Virus record (IMG/VR): IMGVR_UViG_3300024264_000019
Span: 1 to 64,000 of that record
Length of the DNA: 64,000 bases
Source of the DNA: a virus
Reading direction: 5' to 3' (one strand)
Positions 50,612 through 60,051 of this stretch are shown here, in pieces; positions within the stretch are counted from its first letter, which is position 1, and every line of letters starts with the position of its first letter. The notes under the pieces are model-generated. The model searched no databases. It saw only the letters and a program-made list of their open reading frames with translations, and was not told where the DNA came from. Made by a program: the position numbers and the translations under genes.

Positions 50612-52471
50612 TTACTTTATAAACATTGGTGTAAATGTATTTAAAGCTTCTTCTTTATGATGAGTTATGTCTGTGTATATTTTTATCATCCAACTTCCAA
50701 GAATTAAAGCTGAGTAGCAATCTTTCCTAGCTTTACTTGGGCCAGTTGTTCTTTTTAATGTTAAAGGGAGGTCGAAAGTTTGATTCCCCTGGGGGGAGGA
50801 TTTCACTTCGATTAAGGCGCACTGACCCTTTGTGTAGGACATCATATCGTGTTGATGTTCAATTAGGTCTATCATTTTAGCTCCATCGCTCTGCTTCTCT
50901 TCCTCCTCCGCAAAATTCATAAATTTTAAATTTTTTATGGGAATTTTTTTTCTCCTCTGTGATTGAAAGTGCTCGTCAGTAGCTTGAGATGCGAACCATA
51001 TTCTCTTGTGGTCAAAATTAGCTTGCAGTAATTCATTAGCTCTGCGAATCCAATCTGAAGTTGGTTTTCTGAGTATGCATGGTATTCCTTCTTTTGAAAA
51101 TTCTCTCTTGGCGTCTCTTAATGATTTTTGATAATTCTCTACATCATCAAATTCAGTTTCTATGTTGTTAATCTTAATACCAAAAGATTTAAATAAAGAA
51201 CTTTCTTTTACCGCGCTCATGAATTGCACTCCTCCATTGTAATCACCTACAATAGCTATAATATTAAAATTATTTAATAAATAAGAAAAGTAATTAATAT
51301 GATTTTTTAAAGTCTCCCCTGCCATTGCGTAAACATGAACCAGGGTCCCGATTCCCGTCTTTTTATCAAGTTTAAAGACTTGCATTGCAAAATCATCAGA
51401 GCTTTCTGATTCAGCCCAACTTGGATCGAATGACAGAATATACTGATCCTCAAGTGACCCCTTTACTTCAACGCTGGGTGAAGACCCCTCCTCTATTGTA
51501 CAATCTTGCATTTTAGAAATCTTAAAATAGCCAGAGCTATCATCAGTGAAGATCGCTCCAAACTCTCGGTCGTACTGACTTTGGCTCATTGTTGATTTTG
51601 CTTGTTCAACAAGATTTTGATCATATAATTGTTTAGGTGCGCAATCGTATGAAAAGTGCATAATAGACCTACTGGCATTACTGTTATTTTCATTTAAGAT
51701 TAATTGTTCAAAATTTTCATACAATTTGTATAAATATTCAAATTTATAACTAGCCGAGGAAAGCATTATTAATTTATTGTTAGGCCAGACGTATCGCTCC
51801 TCCTCCTTCATCTTTCCTTCTTTTATTAATTTTGTTTCAAGGTTGTGCATGTCCTCTCTTTCTTTTGGGTTTTGAACAACCGAAAGGAATGGCACAATAA
51901 CTTCGTTGTAAATCCTTTCAGGCATCAATAGCATTTCATCGATAATTATCCTGTGAAATCTAAAACCTCTTAGCTTTGATCCGTCACCAAGCGGCAAAGC
52001 TCGTATGGAGCTGCTCCCTATCTCCATTACCCATTCGTCGTTTTGCTTTGATACTCTTGTGATGCAATTTGATAAATATTTTGCTTCTGGCTTTGCAGCA
52101 ATATCTTCAATTTTTTTAAAAATCATCTTAGCCTGTCTGAAGGATTTTGATAATATACCTATATCTACTCCCTGATGCATTATAGCGTCCATAAAGGCGA
52201 AAATTCCAGTCGTCCAAGACTTAGACATACCTCTAGACCAGATACCTAAAAAATAGTCAGAATTGAACATAGCTTTTATAGCCATGTGCTGAAAAGGGAA
52301 CAGGTCAACTCCAGCTATTAAATTTGCAGAAAACGTAGTGTTCTCCCTCAAGAATTTGTAAAGTAATACTTTAGCTTCTTGCTCGTTTAAAAAACCTTCT
52401 TTTGATTTTATTTCTTTATTAATATCTTTCGTCAAGATGCTTCTGTTTTGATCGCCTGTTTCCCAAGTCAT
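50612..52471 (-). CDS. Terminase large subunit
   Basis: Walker A SRGMSKS, LRGFR, Walker B IIIDE, RNase H-type SFDP and KDCYSA. Confidence 0.9.
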   Translation of the reverse strand: MTWETGDQNRSILTKDINKEIKSKEGFLNEQEAKVLLYKFLRENTTFSANLIAGVDLFPFQHMAIKAMFNSDYFLGIWSRGMSKSWTTGIFAFMDAIMHQGVDIGILSKSFRQAKMIFKKIEDIAAKPEAKYLSNCITRVSKQNDEWVMEIGSSSIRALPLGDGSKLRGFRFHRIIIDEMLLMPERIYNEVIVPFLSVVQNPKEREDMHNLETKLIKEGKMKEEERYVWPNNKLIMLSSASYKFEYLYKLYENFEQLILNENNSNASRSIMHFSYDCAPKQLYDQNLVEQAKSTMSQSQYDREFGAIFTDDSSGYFKISKMQDCTIEEGSSPSVEVKGSLEDQYILSFDPSWAESESSDDFAMQVFKLDKKTGIGTLVHVYAMAGETLKNHINYFSYLLNNFNIIAIVGDYNGGVQFMSAVKESSLFKSFGIKINNIETEFDDVENYQKSLRDAKREFSKEGIPCILRKPTSDWIRRANELLQANFDHKRIWFASQATDEHFQSQRRKKIPIKNLKFMNFAEEEEKQSDGAKMIDLIEHQHDMMSYTKGQCALIEVKSSPQGNQTFDLPLTLKRTTGPSKARKDCYSALILGSWMIKIYTDITHHKEEALNTFTPMFIK

Positions 52472-52484
52472 AATGTTTTATTTT

Positions 52485-53414
52485 TTATATTTTTAATGTT
52501 CTATTGTCTATATGATACTGAATATCTGACTTCCATATTTCTGGTCCAGCTTGCAAGAGTAATTTTATTAAATTTTCTGACCTCTTTCTTCCGCCTGAAA
52601 AAATAAATTGACAATGATTTGCGAAGTTGTGAGATATTAATCTCATTTGATGCCATACGAATGCTAAATTTGATTTATGAGCTCCGTGGTTATTGTTTCT
52701 AATTATTTTATCAATAGAGCTTTCTATAACAATGTACATAAACGAATCAAAACTTACACACCTATCCATTTCCTTACAGAATCTATCATAACCAACTGTC
52801 ATTGTTGACTTGAAATCTGTTTCGCTTTTTCTGTCAATATAAGTACTACTATACATTTCTCCTGACGCTGTATAATCTCCAAAGTCTAATTTCTGCAAAG
52901 TGCTATTTGAAAAATTAAGGGGTTGCTGCTCTCTAGTGTCAATTAGTATCTCAAAATTGTTTAAATTTTTACTTTCTTTTAAAAATTTACTTTTTATACT
53001 TTTATTTAATAATGGCTCAACCTGAAGCCTGCGACAGGCTTCATTATATGAACCAAAAAACTCTTTATATATCTTTATCTCAGGTAGCTCAAGTAATTTT
53101 AATTCTAAATGATTAGGCGCGTATTTTAAATTTTTACTAACTATTCTATTTTTTAACATTAATAATAATATTTGTTGCACGTGCTCATGGTCAGCTGTTG
53201 CTGCCCACTTTTCTAATTCAACGCTATTAGAAAAAAAGGTATTAAAATATTGCTCTTTATTTTTAAAAGGAATCAATTCATTGGTATATAAATTATATCT
53301 AGGATAATATGTAATATAATATTCAGATAATAGTATGCCATGAGCCTTAATATGAGTATGTAAGGATCTTTCGGATTTAAACTCCGCTTCGCATATTTTA
53401 CATTTTACACTCAA
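52485..53414 (-). CDS. C2H2 zinc finger plus ERCC4-family nuclease
   Basis: CKIC...HIKAH; IDTREQQP, GDY and IDRKS..DF ERCC4 motifs; TTG start. Confidence 0.75.
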   Translation of the reverse strand: MSVKCKICEAEFKSERSLHTHIKAHGILLSEYYITYYPRYNLYTNELIPFKNKEQYFNTFFSNSVELEKWAATADHEHVQQILLLMLKNRIVSKNLKYAPNHLELKLLELPEIKIYKEFFGSYNEACRRLQVEPLLNKSIKSKFLKESKNLNNFEILIDTREQQPLNFSNSTLQKLDFGDYTASGEMYSSTYIDRKSETDFKSTMTVGYDRFCKEMDRCVSFDSFMYIVIESSIDKIIRNNNHGAHKSNLAFVWHQMRLISHNFANHCQFIFSGGRKRSENLIKLLLQAGPEIWKSDIQYHIDNRTLKI

Positions 53415-53514
53415 CGCAATTAAATTTGTTTGTTTTTAAAAAAGATAAATGACTCTCCAATTGCCTTTAATGGCAACAAGAGATTTAGATACCGCGAAAA
53501 CTTCCTGTAGAAGG

Positions 53515-54564
53515 TCATACAACGTCTCCCTTCGATATCCCTAGTACTCTAGCCTTCCAAGAGTCCATACTCTCCAAATTGGTAGCTTCTTGATCGATTA
53601 GCATTTTTTGCTTCTCAGCCATGTCTACCATTCTTTCCCTGTCTGCTTCATTTTGAAAAGTTCTAACTAATGATAATATAGATGCATTATCTTTATGTTT
53701 ATTTTTAACTCTTTCTTTTCTATCTCCATTTAATCTCGCTATCAATGTCTCTTGTCTCTTTTCACATTGATTATACTCTTCACTTTTTGTTTTTAATAAT
53801 TCTGCTAATCTAACAGTCATATCTCTTTGATCCTCACACTCTTCAAACATTCTATTTAATTTATCTATAGCTTTACTTATATTTTTTAAATGTATATAAT
53901 CCATACAAACATTAATATATAAATTTAATTCATCACTAGTTAAGTCTGGTTTATCCCATACAGATCTTATATATTCAGCTTCGAATAAATGTCTATCATC
54001 CATAGCGCTATATGTGTTAACAACCTGAAGGAATCTAGGAGCTGACAAAAACTTAATGGTATTCTCTAAATGATCCAAGTCGTTTCTTGTCAACTCTTTT
54101 TCTGTTAATTCTTCTTGGCAGTATTCGTTAACCTTTTTAATCACTCTTGAAATTGATTTTGGCGCGAAATACTGAGCGTTCATAGCGCTTTCGTCTGGAT
54201 GTAAGAGCCTTTGATCAATATCTTCTATGAATTTAGCCACTTCCGTAACCTCTTTCGTTAAATTTGTTACGTTTATGTCTGGAAATAATATTTTAGATAT
54301 CTCGTAAGAGCTCATTCCTTCTTTAGCGTACTGAACTATAAACTCTTTTTGCTCTTGATTAAATTCAACATCTTCTCTTTTTTCCTTCTCTGTAGTTTTG
54401 TAATTTAACTTTTTATCCACTAAGAATTTCCTGACAGCTCTCCCCTCTTTAGTTCTTCCGTCTAAGCTTTCATCCTTAAAGGTTTGTCTAGTTAATTTTA
54501 TTAAGTCGTTGATTTTATCAAAGTTATTAGTGATAAATTCTTTTTGTTCTTCTGATAATTTCAT
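53515..54564 (-). CDS. HTH/coiled-coil protein, possible terminase small subunit
   Basis: HTH-like MSSYEISKILF; lies upstream of TerL; function inferred from position. Confidence 0.4.
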   Translation of the reverse strand: MKLSEEQKEFITNNFDKINDLIKLTRQTFKDESLDGRTKEGRAVRKFLVDKKLNYKTTEKEKREDVEFNQEQKEFIVQYAKEGMSSYEISKILFPDINVTNLTKEVTEVAKFIEDIDQRLLHPDESAMNAQYFAPKSISRVIKKVNEYCQEELTEKELTRNDLDHLENTIKFLSAPRFLQVVNTYSAMDDRHLFEAEYIRSVWDKPDLTSDELNLYINVCMDYIHLKNISKAIDKLNRMFEECEDQRDMTVRLAELLKTKSEEYNQCEKRQETLIARLNGDRKERVKNKHKDNASILSLVRTFQNEADRERMVDMAEKQKMLIDQEATNLESMDSWKARVLGISKGDVV

Positions 54565-55292
54565 ATTATATCGTTTCTATTTATTAATTTTTTAGCTAAA
54601 TTTTTAAAAGTTTTCTCAAAATTTTTAATCTGCTTGTATCCAGCGCTTCGACCTCTTTCACTAGTTTTGTATCCCAATTTTTCAGCAGCTTTATTTATGT
54701 CTAAATTTTTAATGTATAGCATTTCATATATAGTGTATTGTTTTTCATTTAAAGTTTGCTTCATTAATTTATGAAGTTTTTTACTAGCAATATCAATATC
54801 AAAAGAGTTGTTGCATTTTTGCTGAAAGTCTTCAGTATCTAAGCTAGATGCTGTGTTTATATGAAATGAATGTTTTTTTGTTTTATTCCATTTCTTGAAT
54901 AAAGGGCAAGATGTATCTTGTTTTCCGCTTTTAGTCCAACTGCAAGTGTTATTCGATTCGTTAATGTTATCAATTGAACCCCCCGAATTAAATGGGCACC
55001 TTCCACAAGGTCTCAAGAAGTTACCGTAGGTATTTCTTAATAAATTTTTAATTTGGTTTGATATAATTCTATTAAGCCAAGGATCTAAGCTTCTACTTTG
55101 ATCCCATAATCCCCACTTAATGTAAACATGATTAGATATGATTTGCTTTACATCTTCCCAATCTATCCAGGGCGAACTACTTAAAAACCAACTTTTTTTC
55201 CGAGATTCAATTTTTTGAATTACGTGGTCGTATTTATCCTCGAAGGTTACTTTTTTAGGTTTAAGCTTCTTCTTCGGTTGATCTTTGCTCAT
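54561..55292 (-). CDS. Sigma-70-like factor with a Cys-rich insert
   Basis: WDQSRSLDPWLNRIISNQIKN (region-2-like), CGRC..C..C insert, region-4-like LNEKQYTIYEML...AAEKLGY; start ATG 55292 preferred. Confidence 0.6.
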   Translation of the reverse strand: MSKDQPKKKLKPKKVTFEDKYDHVIQKIESRKKSWFLSSSPWIDWEDVKQIISNHVYIKWGLWDQSRSLDPWLNRIISNQIKNLLRNTYGNFLRPCGRCPFNSGGSIDNINESNNTCSWTKSGKQDTSCPLFKKWNKTKKHSFHINTASSLDTEDFQQKCNNSFDIDIASKKLHKLMKQTLNEKQYTIYEMLYIKNLDINKAAEKLGYKTSERGRSAGYKQIKNFEKTFKNLAKKLINRNDII

Positions 55293-55566
55293 GTGGCAAC
55301 TTGCCAGCAATCTCTTCAAAAGTAAAAGTTCTTTTTTCAGCTATATCTATATCATATTGAAGTCTACTGATGTTTGGCACGTAATCTATGTTTGTAGTAT
55401 CATCGCTATTTATAGCGTCAGATACGTTGTGTGAATTCGCAACGGAACCTTTTGTTATTTTTTTAACAAGTTTATTGAGAGGTTCCCCACAATGACTACA
55501 AAACTTTGGCTCAATGCCAATGTAACTATTTTTCGCTCCACATGATTTACAATATTTAACGCTCAT
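55261..55566 (-). CDS. Zinc-ribbon protein
   Basis: CKSCG...CSHCG. Confidence 0.7.
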   Translation of the reverse strand: MSVKYCKSCGAKNSYIGIEPKFCSHCGEPLNKLVKKITKGSVANSHNVSDAINSDDTTNIDYVPNISRLQYDIDIAEKRTFTFEEIAGKLPHEQRSTEEEA

Positions 55567-55796
55567 TCTATAATATATATTATTTTATTTTCACTAGCTT
55601 TAGAATAAAACCTAGGGTTATCACTATTATCTAATTTTTGACTATTTATAATAACAATGTTATTAGCGTTTACATTTAATTCTTTAACTAAATCACTAAT
55701 TGTTTCTTGTTTCTTTTTTTTGATTCTAGAAGCGTTTAAACAAGCAACTGTAATAGCGGAAAGAGCTCCGATAAGAGAAGATATAATAATTTCCAT
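55563..55796 (-). CDS. Small membrane-anchored protein
   Basis: N-terminal hydrophobic helix followed by a Lys cluster. Confidence 0.5.
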   Translation of the reverse strand: MEIIISSLIGALSAITVACLNASRIKKKKQETISDLVKELNVNANNIVIINSQKLDNSDNPRFYSKASENKIIYIIE

Positions 55797-55836
55797 ACGT
55801 TATATATAATAAGCATTTATCATAGATAATTCAATT

Positions 55837-56028
55837 TTAAATTCTTTCAATAGTTTTAGCTTCAAGTTTAAGCGTTCCTTTTTTAAATAAACCTTCATTA
55901 TTATCAAGCAAAATAATAACAAAAGTTTTCCCATGATCGTCAAACCCTATTTGTGTATAAATTTTAATTACTTTTCCCGACTTAATGTCATTATCATAAT
56001 GAAATTTAATATAATCCCCCTCTTTCAT
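55837..56028 (-). CDS. Hypothetical protein (SH3/KOW-like)
   Basis: MKEGDYIKF...SGKVIKI; ATGA overlap with the subtilisin stop. Confidence 0.45.
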   Translation of the reverse strand: MKEGDYIKFHYDNDIKSGKVIKIYTQIGFDDHGKTFVIILLDNNEGLFKKGTLKLEAKTIERI

Positions 56029-57230
56029 TTTTGTTCGTTTTGAAATTTTTTGTCCCAATCTACATTGCCATTCTCATCTATGTATGGTGGTTTAGGTACG
56101 TCCACTTGTTGACTGCATTGGTACAACCCAACAGCTCCAACGAATAGCGCAAACGCGCTCAAGACAATCCAGGCGATATATTTCTTAAACCAATCTTTAA
56201 ATTTTAATTCAGGCTTAGGCTCTGGTTCAGGCTTAGGCTTAGGCTCTGGTTCAGGCTTAGGCTTAGGCTCTGGTTCAGGCTTAGGCTCTGGTTTAGAATC
56301 TTCAATAATCAAATCTTTAACATTTACGATTCCGTGCCCCCAGTAATTATCCTTACCTGAATCGCCTTTATCAATTGTATATTTCAATAAATGTTCTTTT
56401 ATTTGATCTACGGTTTTGCAATCATTTTGCCCAGATTCCTTTTCTTGTTTTTTATGTTTTGATAGCATGAGAGCAACAATTCCAACCATAAAAGGACAAG
56501 CCATGGAAGTGCCGCTTAGTACTGCATATGAATTATTTAAAAACGTGCTGTACACATTAACCCCTGGGGCAGCCCAATCCACTTCTGGACCTTTAGATGA
56601 AAACGAAGCGATCCTGCCCATTTCATCATACGCGGCAACAGCAATTGTCTCCTCATAAGCTGCGGGCCAGTTAACTCCTGAGTGGCCACTGTTTCCCGCC
56701 GCGCAAATTACAGGTATATTCATTTCATATAAAGTTTTAATTTTTTGCTCAATTAATGCGTGCGGACGAGATGACCCTAGGCTCATTGATACAATGTCAG
56801 GTTTTTCGTCGATAGCGTATTCCAAAGCTTTAACAAGACCATCAAATGTACCTGACCCGTTTTTATTTAAAGCTTTCACTGATACGCATGTTGACCTAGG
56901 CGCTACGCCAACCATTCCGAATTTATTATTTTTTGAACATATAATTCCAGTGCAATGACTTTGGTGCCCATTTAGATCTTCATGAGGCTCATTTAGTATA
57001 AAATTTTCACCAATCTTTGCGTTATCACCTATATCTTCATGAACGGGGTGTCCAGTGTCAATAACAATTATTTTCACCCCTTCTCCTTTGGTAATCTTCC
57101 AAGTTTCTGGAATCTTAGACTGTTTAACTCCCCAATCAATAATTTGATTTTTACTCAAATCATTAATTTCTTCTATACATATTATTGGTAGAGAAGTCTT
57201 AATTTTGTTTAATTCTTTATAGTTATACAT
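56025..57230 (-). CDS. Subtilisin-family (S8) serine protease with a KPEP linker and C-terminal TM anchor
   Basis: Catalytic motifs VIDTG, NGHQSHCTG, AAGN and GTSMACP; (KPEPEP)n linker; hydrophobic C-terminal helix. Confidence 0.9.
   Translation of the reverse strand: MYNYKELNKIKTSLPIICIEEINDLSKNQIIDWGVKQSKIPETWKITKGEGVKIIVIDTGHPVHEDIGDNAKIGENFILNEPHEDLNGHQSHCTGIICSKNNKFGMVGVAPRSTCVSVKALNKNGSGTFDGLVKALEYAIDEKPDIVSMSLGSSRPHALIEQKIKTLYEMNIPVICAAGNSGHSGVNWPAAYEETIAVAAYDEMGRIASFSSKGPEVDWAAPGVNVYSTFLNNSYAVLSGTSMACPFMVGIVALMLSKHKKQEKESGQNDCKTVDQIKEHLLKYTIDKGDSGKDNYWGHGIVNVKDLIIEDSKPEPKPEPEPKPKPEPEPKPKPEPEPKPELKFKDWFKKYIAWIVLSAFALFVGAVGLYQCSQQVDVPKPPYIDENGNVDWDKKFQNEQK
56211..56295 (-). repeat. Tandem repeat encoding the KPEPEPKP linker
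   Basis: aggcttaggctctggttc units. Confidence 0.85.
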
Positions 57231-57452
57231 ACATATACATACACAATATTACTGTATATATATTTATGGAATTTTTACAATTAAATATTAATCCCAATTA
57301 CCTTTAGTGGGGTAATTTTTAAACTTGCCCCAATCAACGCTAAAAGCGAATTCTTCACTATCATCATTTATTTCAGTTTTGATTTCAGCTTTTTTCAGGT
57401 GAAAATATTTTAGTAGAGTTTTTTTAAAGATTGTATATTGTACTTTATTTAT

Positions 57453-58178
57453 TTATAATTCTTCTAATTTTTTAACTATATATTTTAATATTTCGCTTCT
57501 CTTAATGTCTTTATGAGTGAAGTGAAAATTATATATTCCTTGATTAGCACTATCTTCATCATCAAAAGCGCTTGTTATAGACTGGAAGCCGCTTTTTCCG
57601 TTAATATCGCTTTGCATTGGATCTCCACAGATTAACATTTTCGTATTCTCTCCGATTCTTGTTAATAGCGTAATAAGTTCTTTGGTTGTGAAATTTTGAG
57701 ATTCATCAGCTATTATGACTTGATCCTTGAAACTAGCTCCTCTGAGATAGTTTATTGGCATCGCAGATACAATATTCTTACTTAGCATCATTCTGGATTC
57801 TGAAGGGCTTGTAAGCTCATGTAGCTTGTCAGTTAAAGGCATCATGAATGGACAAAACTTTTCATCAATCGACCCAGGAAGAGCTCCCATTCCTCTATCT
57901 GCGCTTTCTATAATAGATCGAATATAACTAATGCCATAATCGTTGTTCATGTTAAACAAGTGTAACGCGGCGTAGATCGCCATAAAGGTCTTACTCGTTC
58001 CAGCGGGGCCAGATATGAATACTATTTTCGTTTTTTTATCAAAAATAATTTTCAGTAATTCATTTTGTTTTTCAGTAAATTCAATTTTTTTTGTTTTAAT
58101 CTTGATTTTACCCATAGAATTAACTATTTCATTTATATCTTCATCATTAACAATTTCAGATTTTTTCTTTCTTGGCAT
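57453..58178 (-). CDS. phoH: PhoH-family ATPase
   Basis: GPAGTSKT, YLRGASF, DESQN, LLTRIGE and GDPMQSD motifs. Confidence 0.9.
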   Translation of the reverse strand: MPRKKKSEIVNDEDINEIVNSMGKIKIKTKKIEFTEKQNELLKIIFDKKTKIVFISGPAGTSKTFMAIYAALHLFNMNNDYGISYIRSIIESADRGMGALPGSIDEKFCPFMMPLTDKLHELTSPSESRMMLSKNIVSAMPINYLRGASFKDQVIIADESQNFTTKELITLLTRIGENTKMLICGDPMQSDINGKSGFQSITSAFDDEDSANQGIYNFHFTHKDIKRSEILKYIVKKLEEL

Positions 58179-58445
58179 ATGTATTTATAGTATAGTGTTA
58201 CCACATTTAAATTTCAATGGATATTTAAATGGTCTACATTTTATATGTACACGATTTTTTTTGAAAAAGCAATTGTAAACGTTAACTCTTGCGTGACTTT
58301 TTGAGAAAAACCACCCCCCTCGTTAAATAAGGGTGGCGGGGGGCTAAAAAATTCAAAAAACGGGGGTGGGATCGTGCAATAAAATAATTGAATCTTTTTT
58401 GCCTTTATGCTTGCAATTCAATGGGCAAAGCCTTAGTTTATATAC

Positions 58446-58661
58446 ATGAACATTACTAAAGGATTAAAAGTCGGAAGCCTATATCATTCACGGGCAAATA
58501 ATAAAGTCGTGCGTCTCGTTTCACTTGATCGCATTAAAGGTGGCTTGCAAGTTGCAACAATCAAGCATCACAAACAAGATCATTTGTTTGAATCGGAGGT
58601 TTACATCTCTGACTTAATCAAGGCAACTACTGAACAAGTCAAGGCTTACTTTAAAAGGTAA
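58446..58661 (+). CDS. Early hypothetical protein (leaderless)
   Basis: TTGCAA-17-TAGTTT-6-ATG. Confidence 0.7.
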   Translation: MNITKGLKVGSLYHSRANNKVVRLVSLDRIKGGLQVATIKHHKQDHLFESEVYISDLIKATTEQVKAYFKR

Positions 58662-58698
58662 GTCTTGACACGACAAACAATAAAAGCCATAATTAGGA

Positions 58699-58872
58699 AT
58701 GATTAAAATAATAAGAAACCCAAACTTTGCCGAATGGCTCGACATTAAAGTATTCGACAAACTAATCGACAACGCCAAGACACAGGCGAAAGCTATGAAA
58801 ATAGCCGAGCAAGTCAAAAGCAAAAACCCACATTTTCAAATTGTAACAATAGAGGAAAAGACAAATGCGTAA
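58699..58872 (+). CDS. Early hypothetical protein, 57 aa (not in track)
   Basis: MIKIIRNPNFAEWLDIKVFDK...; preceded by TTGACA-17-CATAAT-5-ATG. Confidence 0.7.
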   Translation: MIKIIRNPNFAEWLDIKVFDKLIDNAKTQAKAMKIAEQVKSKNPHFQIVTIEEKTNA

Positions 58873-59170
58873 AGTAACAGAGCAAATAAAGCAAGCCTTC
58901 AATCAAGGCTTATCTAAAAAAGTCGGCAACACAAGAACAGACGGCAATAGCGTTTTCTTGCATGGTAACGAGATAATAAAGCGTGATGCAAGCGGGCTTG
59001 TAATGGCTACCCTTGCAGGGTGGAATACTCCCACAACAAGAGAAAGGATCAATGGCATAACAGGATTAGGCATTTATCAAAAGAACTTCGTTCCTATGTT
59101 AAACGGGCAAGAAGTTGATTCATACGATTGGCTAGTTCATACGACCAATACAGAGGAGGGTACAATATGA
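58865..59170 (+). CDS. Early phage protein of unknown function
   Basis: LHGNEI...GWNTPTTRERIN motif of a kind seen in phage early proteins. Confidence 0.7.
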   Translation: MRKVTEQIKQAFNQGLSKKVGNTRTDGNSVFLHGNEIIKRDASGLVMATLAGWNTPTTRERINGITGLGIYQKNFVPMLNGQEVDSYDWLVHTTNTEEGTI

Positions 59171-59217
59171 CTTGCATAATCCTCTTATCAGTTGCACTAT
59201 ACCTCTATTCACTTTAA
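59167..59217 (+). CDS. 16-aa hydrophobic peptide
   Basis: MTCIILLSVALYLYSL with an upstream GAGGAGG SD and an ATGA overlap. Confidence 0.5.
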   Translation: MTCIILLSVALYLYSL

Positions 59218-59231
59218 TTAAAACGCTCTCC

Positions 59232-59302
59232 TAAGTCGCTGATAGTCAGGCACTTAGGCGGGCGGCTGCCGCCCTCGTAAGTGATTGGTAAACAACGACT
59301 TG
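59232..59302 (+). repeat. Bipartite palindromic element, copy 1
   Basis: TAAGT-N15-ACTTA, 21-nt GC core containing GGCTGCCGC, TAAGT-N15-ACTTG. Confidence 0.9.
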
Positions 59303-59418
59303 CGAAAGCCTTGTTCATAAACCATGCCAATTCACGCAGTATAATAATGCAATAAAATAACTGCAATATAATTGCGAATAAATTTGACTTTAGTTAAAAA
59401 AAGCCTTAGTTTATATAT

Positions 59419-59769
59419 ATGAAATCATTATACAACACAGACACAGAAGAATTCACTTTTAGCTTTATCATGTGCATTGAGGGTAAATCCTACCGAGTCG
59501 AGGCAGTAGCTTGTCAAGACGACATCCTGTTGAGCGATCAATATCGCCCCGAATACATTGACGCATACATGGCTAAATTGACAAACGAAAAAACAAACGA
59601 ATTGACAGAGTCAAATGTCTACAAAAATACAGATCTTTTAAAGGTTGTAAGCGACAAACTTACAGAAAGGCTAATTACGAACGCGAGCAAAACTTGGTTT
59701 GTTACTGATGCCCCAAGGCTTTTCCTTGAGCAATTCGATACTCGCCTAGAAATAATGTTTAATAAATAA
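59419..59769 (+). CDS. Early hypothetical protein (leaderless)
   Basis: TTGACT-17-TAGTTT-6-ATG. Confidence 0.7.
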   Translation: MKSLYNTDTEEFTFSFIMCIEGKSYRVEAVACQDDILLSDQYRPEYIDAYMAKLTNEKTNELTESNVYKNTDLLKVVSDKLTERLITNASKTWFVTDAPRLFLEQFDTRLEIMFNK

Positions 59770-59816
59770 CCACAAATAAATTTGACTTTAGTTAAAAAAT
59801 AAACGATAGTATAAGT

Positions 59817-60032
59817 ATGACAGAAAGAGAAATAAAATCAAAAATTAGAGACTTAAAGAATCGATTAGATGCCGACCATTATGAAAGAGGCGTCGGGTTT
59901 GTACCTGCTAAGGGTTCAACTCGCGAATGGATCTTATCTAGCTTAGAAACCTTCGAGAAGATGTTGCCAAGAGCAAAGCATGACGACCAAGTAGCTCTTT
60001 ATGGTTGGAGATCAGTCGAAAGAAACGCTTAA
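59817..60032 (+). CDS. Early hypothetical protein
   Basis: 71-aa ORF after a TTGACT promoter-like element. Confidence 0.65.
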   Translation: MTEREIKSKIRDLKNRLDADHYERGVGFVPAKGSTREWILSSLETFEKMLPRAKHDDQVALYGWRSVERNA

Positions 60033-60051
60033 ACCACTTAAACCAAAAATC

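Noticed and set aside
58699-58872. NPNFA in a small early ORF as another copy of the TMP motif
   Set aside because: Lacks the G-aromatic-[IL] prefix; a single short match is compatible with chance
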